Notes under the pieces: generated by a model | What the model was told of the DNA's origin: nothing | The model's input: only the letters and a program-made list of their open reading frames with translations | Database searches by the model: none | Source: an uncultured Planctomycetaceae bacterium | GTDB lineage: Bacteria; Planctomycetota; Planctomycetia; Planctomycetales; Planctomycetaceae | Length of the DNA: 64,000 nt | Reading direction: 5' to 3' | Assembly (NCBI GenBank): GCA_963813715.1 | Contig: CAWFAK010000005.1 | Coordinates: 416,001 to 480,000 of the forward strand | Shown: positions 56,043-64,000 of the stretch, one piece after another | Layout: every line of letters starts with the position of its first letter | Position numbering within the stretch: the stretch's first letter is position 1 | Position numbers and translations under genes: made by a program

Positions 56043-56716
56043 CTACTCGCTAGGTCTTCCGCGTGGTGTCGATTGCGTCGGGTTCGGAGGCGGGCAGCGA
56101 CGAGGGCGGGACCGGGGATAGGTTCCCTCCGGGCGGCGCGGCGCAAGAGCAGGAAGGCGAGGTAGTCGTACACGCCGTGGGCGATCATGGCCGTGACGAG
56201 GTTGGGGGGGTGCGTCGCATCCAGGAGCAGGCCGAAGTAGCCGCCCATCAAGCCGGCCAGGATGGCGTAGGTCGGCGTCAGGAAGTGCAGCAGGCCGAAA
56301 ATGACGTTGCTGGCGATCAGGCCGGCAATGCGGCCCCAGCCGCCGAAGTTGAGCCAGCTCTCCAGGAGCCGTTGCAAGAGACCGCGAAAGAGGAGCTCTT
56401 CCCCGAAGCCGGCGAGCGCGGCGACGAAGATCAGCTCGTACCACCGGCACGTCCGGAGGGCCGGGCCGAGGATGTCCAAGACGACCCGCTTGATTCGTTC
56501 CAAAGCGGAGAACCGGAAGCGATCGGTCGCCAGCACCAACAGAAACGGAGGGAGCGCGGCCGCCAGGCCGAGCGCGACGCCCGTGCCGTCGATGTGGAAG
56601 TCGGCGAAGGGGTCGATGCGAAACACGAGCCCCAACCCGAGGGCCACGAAGGCCAGGCCGCCTTCGAAGATGGCGGCCAGTCGCAAGAATTGGGATCGAT
56701 CGGTCGGCTCGGCCAT
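56043..56716 (-). CDS. CPBP (Abi/CAAX) family intramembrane metalloprotease (3' end uncertain)
   Basis: AG.GEELLFRG, FGLLH, AHGVYD. Confidence 0.88.
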
Positions 56717-56981
56717 GGCCGATCCTATCGCGACGGTGCGCAGACTGTCCACAAAACTGGCAAAACCGCTGCCTTGCGAGCGCGGGGGAAACACTCGAAT
56801 TCCGGGAGCGGGGCGTCCGATACAAGACGTGGAAAGTGCGAACGAGCAGAGTCAAGGAATCGCCGTCATCGTTCTCCCCTCGGAACGGTGACGGCGATTT
56901 CGTTTCGGCGGGGCGCGTTGGTGACTGGGCGCGAGTTTGCGGACGGCGGCCGAATCTCGTCGGCTTGCCGGCGCTGGCCGT

Positions 56982-59840
56982 TCACTGCGAGCGGCGGCGG
57001 GCGCGGTCCTTCGCCTGCTGGAAGACGTCGATGGCCGCCTGGGCCGCCTCAGGCGTGGGCCCGGCGGGCGGAGGCGCGGCAGAGGTCGGCGGTGGCGTCG
57101 AAAGTGCCGCGGCTGGGGCTGACGTCGAACGGCCCGAGCGGTTGGCGGCCGGGCGTTGTCCGGCGCGACGTACCGGCAGATCCCACCACTTGCGCGTGGC
57201 GGCCGGTCGTGCGGGCTCGATTCGTGGAGCCGCGGTCTCCCGTTCGGGAATCAATGCCGACACGCGTTGCCAGAGCGAGAGGCGGCGGCCGGCGATTTCC
57301 GTCAGCAACAGGCCGATCGCCAGGCCCATCAGCCAGGGGATCAGCGAGAGCGAACGGGCGGAGCGCGGCGGATCGGAGAGCACCTCCAGCACGTCGGTGC
57401 GGAGCTTGCCGCCGCTGAGCTCGGCCATGCCCTTGAGCGTTTCGGTACCGCTGGGCAGGCCGATGCGTGGGACGAACTCGGGAGAATAGGGGAGCGTGAC
57501 GGCCGGCCCACGGACGAATTTTCGTTCGCCCGTTTTGACCAGCGTGCGGTACGTGCCGGTGCGGTCCATGCGGAAGCGAGCTTCCAGCGTGTCGGGGCCG
57601 GTCCACGTGAAGTCGGGCGTGAGCGGTTCCTCCCGCTCGGCCCCGGGGGGAACGACGATCAAGGTCGGCGGGCCTTGCCGCGACTTATCCGCGCGATCGG
57701 GATCGAGCTCGACGGTGGCGACGGCATCCTCGCCCGCCCGGTCGATCCGCACGAAGACGTCGTCGGGACTGGGGCTGCCCAACAGCCAGCGGACGTGGGT
57801 GATCAGAAAATCGTTGGCCTTGTCCCAGTGGCCGAACTGCCCGGCGTACTTGCCGTCGACCTCCAGCGTAAGCGCGGCCACGCGGCCCAGTCCGCGATAC
57901 CAAAATGCCGACCACGGAGCCTGGTACTCGTCCTGCGAGACGACGGCCGGCGTGGCCTCCGGCTTGAGATAGCAAAGGTTGTAACCATCGACGTTGGGGA
58001 ACGAGCCGCTGCCCAGCTCGCCCATCAGGCGGGATTGGCCGACGAGCTGTCCGGGAATGCCCTGTGGATGAGTGTCTTCTTTTTTGATGAAGGTGTTGCG
58101 GGCGATGTTCATCGTGTCTTGCGTGAACAGCCGCGGCAGCTCGAGCGGATCGTTGGCGAACATGATTTCGCCGCCGCCCCGCTTGGCGATGTCCTTGAGC
58201 AGCTCGGAGTCGCTGTCGTGATCGGTGCCCAGGCCAATCACGCTGACGGTGATGCCGCCGTCGGCGAGTTTGCGGATCACGGTCTTGTAGTCGTCGGGCT
58301 TTTCGCTGTCGTTGGCGTCGGCGAAGAGGATGATGTGCCGCGTGGAATAATCTTCCGCCTTGGTCAGCTGCTCGCCGGCCGCGACGAGAGCGTCGTAGAT
58401 GTAGATGCCGCCGCCCTGGCTCTCGATCTTGAGCACCTTCGAGCAGATGGCCTCGGTATCTTCGACGGGCCCCATCGGTTGAATGACGTGAGCGACGGTA
58501 TCGACGGCGAGCACCGACACCATGTCGCCCTCCGACAGCAGGCGGACGCACTCGGCCGTCCCCAGGTCGGCAAGGTCCATCTTGGTTTTGCCCCCTCCGA
58601 TGGGTACGGCCATGCTTCCCGAACGATCGAGGGCAATGGTAATGGCCACGCGGTTCTTGCGGTGCTCGTGCCTCAGCTCCATCGAAACCGGCAAGAGCGA
58701 GTCGAGCGGGCTCTTGAAGTAGCCGCCGACGCCGAAGCTGCGTTCGCCCCCGGTCAGCAAAAAGCCGCCCCCCAAGTCCTCGACATACTGGGCCAGGTGC
58801 TCCATCCGCACGCGGCCGAGCGCCGACGCCGGCACGTTCTCGACGACGATGGCCCGGTAGCGATCGAGCACGTCAGGCGACAAGTTCGACTTGCCGGCTG
58901 CCTGGAAATCGACGGGAATGTGGGCCGATTGCAGCGCTCGCCCGAGCGTTCCCTCTTTCCCATCGTTATTGACGACCAGCACCCGCGGGCCGGCATCCAC
59001 GAAGACGACGCCCGCCCCTACGTTGTTTTCCGCGAGTGGATCGCCCGGCACGTCGACCTCGACTTTGTAGGGCTGCATGCCGCCTTGTTCCAGCAGGTCG
59101 CGAAACGTGAGCCGGTTGCGACCGGAGACGAAATCCGCCTCCCGCCGCGCGATCAAATTGGAGCCGCGGAAGACGCGAACCTGCCCGTGAGCCTCGCGGT
59201 CGGCGTAGATGTCGACCGTGAATTGGAACGGCTCGCGGGGAGTGACCGAATCGGGGAGCTGAATCGACTCGACCGCAACGTCGCCCAGCCGTGGTCGCTC
59301 GAAGGGCCGATAATCGATCGGCACACCTTCTTCGCGGGCTCGCCGGGCCGCGGACAGCGGATCGGCCCCGTTGGCTTCGCCGTCGGAAAGCACCAGGAGG
59401 CGGGCCGGACGATTCTTGTCGACCAGGTTGAGGGACGTCGCAATGGCGTCGGACAAATCGCTGCCGTCGGGCTGAATCTCCTTGGTGAAGGCGCCCAGCG
59501 ACGAGTTGTCGGAAAGCGGGTGCTCGATCTGGGCCTTGCCGCCGAACGTCACCACGGCCACGCGGTCGCCCGTTTTGCGATTGCGTTCCAAATCGTGAAT
59601 CAGCGCCAGCACGCTGTCCTGAGCGGAGGCGGGCATCGAGCGGGAGCGATCGGCCACGACGACGATGTCGATCCCTTTGCCGCCCACGTCGATCCGCGGA
59701 CCGGCCAGCGCCGTGATCAGCGCCACCAGGAGCGCGATCCGCAGCCCCGCGGTGACGCCGGTCGCCCGGTTGAGACGCGTGAAGGCAATTCCCGCGGGAA
59801 TCGCCAACAGCAGCACCTCGGGGTATTGGAACCAGATCAT
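56982..59840 (-). CDS. vWA-domain membrane protein with glutamine-amidotransferase-like domain
   Basis: DRSRSM and DRSGSM MIDAS motifs, LSDGE, GG..SFG.GGY..PLD.LLPV, YSPEF. Confidence 0.88.
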   Translation of the reverse strand: MIWFQYPEVLLLAIPAGIAFTRLNRATGVTAGLRIALLVALITALAGPRIDVGGKGIDIVVVADRSRSMPASAQDSVLALIHDLERNRKTGDRVAVVTFGGKAQIEHPLSDNSSLGAFTKEIQPDGSDLSDAIATSLNLVDKNRPARLLVLSDGEANGADPLSAARRAREEGVPIDYRPFERPRLGDVAVESIQLPDSVTPREPFQFTVDIYADREAHGQVRVFRGSNLIARREADFVSGRNRLTFRDLLEQGGMQPYKVEVDVPGDPLAENNVGAGVVFVDAGPRVLVVNNDGKEGTLGRALQSAHIPVDFQAAGKSNLSPDVLDRYRAIVVENVPASALGRVRMEHLAQYVEDLGGGFLLTGGERSFGVGGYFKSPLDSLLPVSMELRHEHRKNRVAITIALDRSGSMAVPIGGGKTKMDLADLGTAECVRLLSEGDMVSVLAVDTVAHVIQPMGPVEDTEAICSKVLKIESQGGGIYIYDALVAAGEQLTKAEDYSTRHIILFADANDSEKPDDYKTVIRKLADGGITVSVIGLGTDHDSDSELLKDIAKRGGGEIMFANDPLELPRLFTQDTMNIARNTFIKKEDTHPQGIPGQLVGQSRLMGELGSGSFPNVDGYNLCYLKPEATPAVVSQDEYQAPWSAFWYRGLGRVAALTLEVDGKYAGQFGHWDKANDFLITHVRWLLGSPSPDDVFVRIDRAGEDAVATVELDPDRADKSRQGPPTLIVVPPGAEREEPLTPDFTWTGPDTLEARFRMDRTGTYRTLVKTGERKFVRGPAVTLPYSPEFVPRIGLPSGTETLKGMAELSGGKLRTDVLEVLSDPPRSARSLSLIPWLMGLAIGLLLTEIAGRRLSLWQRVSALIPERETAAPRIEPARPAATRKWWDLPVRRAGQRPAANRSGRSTSAPAAALSTPPPTSAAPPPAGPTPEAAQAAIDVFQQAKDRARRRSQ

Positions 59841-61681
59841 GGAAGCACCCGTCGGGCGCGGGCCTGCCGATCGAGGACGAACCAATCGGCCAACAGGGCA
59901 ACCAGAATGACGGCGATTCCCGCCGCAATCAGCCAGGAGAACGGATCATCGAGACGATAGCTCAAGGCGGGCGGTTCGCTCACGGCGTCGCGCACGCCCG
60001 GGCCGAGAGTGCTCAGGTTCGACTCGACCGGATCGTGAAAATTGACCGCGAACCGTCCCAGCGATCGATCGCCTTCGCGGACTTCATAAATGCCCGCCTG
60101 CTGCAGCGGAGGGATTTCGACGATCGACCCGCGGGCCAGCGGCACGGTTTTGCTGCCAAAGACCAAGGTCAGCGGATCGCTGCCGCGGTCGCCGGCGTTG
60201 GGGCGGAACGTGATCTCTTCGTTAAGGCGATAATTCCAACGTTTGAGTCCAGGAAGGGCATCGCGGCACATCTCGACGAGGTTTTTGACCAGGATCGGCC
60301 AGTCGGGACTTTCGGCAAGGTTCGAGCGGGCAAAATCGAGATTGAGCAGATAGGCGGCCGTTTGCGTGCCGGTCAGCCGACTCAACAGCAGCTGTTTGCC
60401 GGCACTCACCAGCGGCGTGGCCTCGAGTGGTTTCCCTGCGACAGCAACAGGCTGCACACCGCCGAAGACGACGCCTCCCAAGACGACGCCGTCCAACAGC
60501 GGGTGCCGCTTCTCGAGCAAGTAGGGGCCGACGAGATCCTTCGACTGTTTGCGGGCCGCCTCGGACCCATCGATTGGACCGATTCCCAGCCAGGTCAGGC
60601 CCGTCTGCGACGGCGGCAGCTTGGCGGATTCGCCGATCAGGAGCTGCGCGTCGCCGGGCGAGCCGAACTGCGTCTCCGAGATCCCTGCCAGAGCTCGCTG
60701 CACGGGACGTACGGCCGCGTGATCGGCCGGCAGCGAAATCGCGATCGTCACCGTGCGGACCTTGGGCTCGATCAGTGTGACATGGTTGTCGACTTCCAAT
60801 CCGTCGCCCGGGGAATGCGTGTCGACCGTCAGTTCGCCCAAGCCGCCGCGGACGTCGGTCTCGAGCGAAGCGTCGGCTCCCGCCTGCAGCGACAGCGTTT
60901 TCGCAAAGAGTTCCTGCTCGCCGTGGCGGCCGCGGACCTGCACCTCGGTCGCTTTTTTGCCCGAGTTGGCGATCCGCAGGAAGACGCGGCCCTTGTTGGC
61001 CTTGGGATCAAACGTCCAGCGCGCCGCGGTGATGGCCGTGTTTTCCAATGCCTGCCCGAGCGAAACAATCTCCATCGTTTTCGGGGTCGGCGCCGATTTG
61101 GCCGGCAGATGATTGGTCAGGAAGACGATCCGCCCACTGCTCTCGGAGAGTTGTGCGGCCAGATCCCAGGCCGGCTCGAAGTCGTGCGCCACGGCTTGCG
61201 GGTTCCAACCATCGAGCGCGGCCTGCGCCTTGGCCAGAGGCACCGCAGGCTCGGTGAGCAATTCGGGGCGGCGTCCGGTGACGATCAACGTGGCGACGCT
61301 ACCCGACGGCAGCCTTTGGAAGCGGCGGACAATTTCCTCGACCGCCTCTTCGCGAAACGACCTTCGTCCCGGCGGACGGGCCTGCATCGACGCCGAGTTG
61401 TCCAACACGACGATCACGTGTTCGACCCGGCGCGACTCGGCCCAGCGCGGCTGGGCCAGCACGAGCGACAACACGGCAGCCGCCAGCAACTCCAGCAACA
61501 AAGACGCCGTAATCGGCAGACGCTCGCGGCGCCGGCCGGCCTCGCGGACCTGCGTCTGCACGCCCCACAGGTGCAGCCCGCCGATCAACAAAGGCGGAAA
61601 CCGCCGGTAATACAAATGCAGAATGAGAATCGCCGGGACTGCCAGCAGGCCGAGCAATCCCCAGGGGTTGGCAAAGCTCAT
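59837..61681 (-). CDS. BatA-domain / vWA protein
   Basis: MSFANPWGLLGLLAVP.ILILH, LAQP, LDNSASM, C-terminal TM helix. Confidence 0.88.
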   Translation of the reverse strand: MSFANPWGLLGLLAVPAILILHLYYRRFPPLLIGGLHLWGVQTQVREAGRRRERLPITASLLLELLAAAVLSLVLAQPRWAESRRVEHVIVVLDNSASMQARPPGRRSFREEAVEEIVRRFQRLPSGSVATLIVTGRRPELLTEPAVPLAKAQAALDGWNPQAVAHDFEPAWDLAAQLSESSGRIVFLTNHLPAKSAPTPKTMEIVSLGQALENTAITAARWTFDPKANKGRVFLRIANSGKKATEVQVRGRHGEQELFAKTLSLQAGADASLETDVRGGLGELTVDTHSPGDGLEVDNHVTLIEPKVRTVTIAISLPADHAAVRPVQRALAGISETQFGSPGDAQLLIGESAKLPPSQTGLTWLGIGPIDGSEAARKQSKDLVGPYLLEKRHPLLDGVVLGGVVFGGVQPVAVAGKPLEATPLVSAGKQLLLSRLTGTQTAAYLLNLDFARSNLAESPDWPILVKNLVEMCRDALPGLKRWNYRLNEEITFRPNAGDRGSDPLTLVFGSKTVPLARGSIVEIPPLQQAGIYEVREGDRSLGRFAVNFHDPVESNLSTLGPGVRDAVSEPPALSYRLDDPFSWLIAAGIAVILVALLADWFVLDRQARARRVLP

Positions 61682-61720
61682 CGGTGCATCTCGGCGACGG
61701 CGAACGGTCGCTTTCTGCCT

Positions 61721-62589
61721 TCAGGCGGCCGGGACCAGCAGTCCGGCCTGGGTCAGATCGTTGCGGCACAAGCTCGGCAAACCCCGATCGGCCATCAGCG
61801 TCACGAATCGGCCGTGCGCCGCACGGCAGCTGCGCCGCAGCCCCTCCTGCACCCGGCCGAGCCGTTCGCGGTAGGCGGCGACCGTTTTGCGATCCAGGAG
61901 CAAGTCGACGCTGCCTTGCGTCTCGACGTCGATCAGCCGGCGTCCTTCGCTGGGGGACGGATCGGCTTCCCACTCGTTCAAAAGCTGCACCAGCCACAAG
62001 CGCCCGCCTCGCGCGAGAGCCGGCGGACAAGCGCATCGGGATCGTGAGGGAAGAGGAAATCGGAAACGACGATCCGCACCGCCTGCCGTTTGAGCGGCAC
62101 GACGTTGTCCGCGATCAATTCCTCGAGGGTGGCCGTGCCCGAGAAGGGGAGCGCGGCCAGATTGTCGAGCGCCTCCAGCGACAGGAGCCGCGAAGGACGC
62201 GCGTCGTCGAGCAGCACCACGCTGGGGCGGCCGCCGACCCGCGCGGACAACAGGGCAAACATCGCGGCGAGTTGCCGGGCCACGCGGGGTTTGGCATCGC
62301 CGCCGGTGGTCATCGAACGGCTGGCATCGAGCAGTATTTCAGTACGGGGGCTGATCTCTTCCCGATAGAGACGGACCATCAAGGAGTCACTGCGGGCATA
62401 GGCCGACCAGTCGACGTGCCGAATGTCGTCGCCCGGCAGATACTCGCGATATTCCTGAAATTCAAGCGAGCTGCCCGTGCCGCGGCCGAGCAACTCGCCG
62501 GACGAACCTGCCACGGGCAGCCGAGGCGACGCGAGGCGATAGGCGGCCAGGGCCTGCTGAACTTCGGGATCGTGCCGCACGGATTTCAT
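61721..62589 (-). CDS. DUF58 domain protein (frameshift near 62000)
   Basis: GSSLEFQEYREY.PGDDIR.VDW.AYARSD, LLDASRSM, VVSDFL. Confidence 0.9.
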
Positions 62590-62602
62590 GACTCGATCCG
62601 TT

Positions 62603-64000
62603 TCACGACGTGGCGGCGCCCGGTTCGAGCACCATCCCGGTCAGTGCGGCAGCCTGCGCCTCTTTGCGTCGAGCGACCTCGAGCTCAATCTCACCGCGAA
62701 CGGGATTGCGCAGGACTTCGCGAAACGCGCGGACCATCGCCCGCCCATTGATGGCGATCGCTAACACCGCGCCGATCGCCCCCTCAATAACCGGAAGGGA
62801 GTTATTCGTGTGGTCCTCCATGATGTCGTTGATCGTCACGATGGGAAAGACAATGTCGATCGGCTGGAAGGTGTTGTCGCGAAAGTTCGATAAAAAGTGC
62901 CAGAGGAATTCCAGTAGAACCAGCAGCAGATTGATCAAGAGCAAGAGCGCAATGAGATGTCCCGGCGAGAAATTCGTCATCACGGTGCGGAAGAGCCGGG
63001 TCAGAAAGGCGCCGGCCCCCATGTAAATGACAGCGTACGCGATCGTGACCTCGGCGGCCGACCATTCCCGCGAGGTCGAATGCAGATGCGTGGTGACCGT
63101 TTTGGTTTCCAGATTCATCGCCAATATCGCGAGCACGGTCATGAGGCCAATCGATCCCAATCCGAAGATCAATCCCCGCGTTCCACCCGGCAGGAAGGGA
63201 ACCCAGACCGCCCGCATCCAGCGCGAACGCGGCAGCCCCCGCGCCACGCGGCGCGAAAGCCCGTCGGCCTCGGCAATGACAAACAGCCCGGCGATGGTGA
63301 GGAAAATGCTCGTCAGCGTGACCATCACGTAGATGTTCATGTCGGCGAACGAACTTTTGAACAAGGCGACGTAGCCCAAGATGGCCAGCCAGCCGATCAG
63401 CCACTGAGCGGTCACCGTCAGGCGAATTCCCGAGCTGCGGTTGTCCGATTCGAAGGTCAGCTGGGCAATCGCGACCTGCTGACAGAGATACGAACTGGAG
63501 AGGGCGAAGAACACGGCGATGCCAATGCCCCACCAGGTGGAGGCTTCGCCCAGCGACAGATTGGCTTGGAAGGTGAACGAGGCGAACATGAACAGGCCGA
63601 TGAACGCCAGGACGATCACACCCAACGAGCCGAAGGCTTGGGAGATTCTGTTCTTCGTTTGCGCTCCGATCGCCAGCCCGACAGACGAGAACGCGAACGA
63701 CACAACCAAGAGGATCCCCAGGTTGAACATCGTGCGGACGAAGTCGAAGCCGGGCAGCAGCGACGTAAACGCGATGAACGGCGTAATCGCCGAGAAGTAG
63801 ACCAGTACCTGAACCAGCGCACTGAGCGACTTGCCCCACACGATCTGCCGGGGTGACATCGCGGTGATCTGCACCAGCTCGAGCGTGTTCTCGGCCCGCT
63901 CTTCGACGATGCTGCGAAACGCCGCAAAGGGGACGATCACGAGCGATGCCACACAGAGGATCAAGAAGAACAGGATGAAGAAGCCCTCGGCCGACGAGCC
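62603..64000 (-). CDS. Multi-TM ABC-2-like permease, 5' end outside the window
   Basis: VPF.AF.S...E...TLEL..IT.MSP.QIVWGK; many TM helices. Confidence 0.75.
   Translation of the reverse strand, partial: GSSAEGFFILFFLILCVASLVIVPFAAFRSIVEERAENTLELVQITAMSPRQIVWGKSLSALVQVLVYFSAITPFIAFTSLLPGFDFVRTMFNLGILLVVSFAFSSVGLAIGAQTKNRISQAFGSLGVIVLAFIGLFMFASFTFQANLSLGEASTWWGIGIAVFFALSSSYLCQQVAIAQLTFESDNRSSGIRLTVTAQWLIGWLAILGYVALFKSSFADMNIYVMVTLTSIFLTIAGLFVIAEADGLSRRVARGLPRSRWMRAVWVPFLPGGTRGLIFGLGSIGLMTVLAILAMNLETKTVTTHLHSTSREWSAAEVTIAYAVIYMGAGAFLTRLFRTVMTNFSPGHLIALLLLINLLLVLLEFLWHFLSNFRDNTFQPIDIVFPIVTINDIMEDHTNNSLPVIEGAIGAVLAIAINGRAMVRAFREVLRNPVRGEIELEVARRKEAQAAALTGMVLEPGAATS

Overview
GC-rich chromosomal window from a member of the Planctomycetota, inferred from the phylum-typical DUF1559 prepilin-type, PSD1/DUF1549/DUF1553 cytochrome and DUF1501 genes. 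Many genes (recG, ilvD, feoB and others) are split by single-base frameshifts, most simply explained by long-read indel errors. Core and metabolic genes include recG, a penicillin-acylase-family gene, a UDPGP-type pyrophosphorylase, a mannose-1-P guanylyltransferase, ruvX, an ECF sigma/anti-sigma pair, feoAAB with a 7-1-7 operator, RluD-like, ilvD, an MMPL transporter, a thermonuclease and a DUF58/BatA/vWA operon. The most interesting part is an accessory region at about 24.4-31.2 kb. It holds an array of about 10 short, mostly membrane micro-ORFs on the minus strand with unrelated bodies but a shared 5' module (consensus CCGCTAGAATGACGGC-ATG-AGC-GAC-GAA: a -10 box, 6 nt, the start codon and MSDE). 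Embedded in the array is a non-coding GGGACGGGACACG-rich element that has a collinear, inverted second copy at about 55.5-56.0 kb. A complete IS4-family element inserted into that repeat motif with an 11-bp target duplication. No rRNA, tRNA, CRISPR or integron attC was recognised. All product calls are by eye from motifs; no database searches were run.
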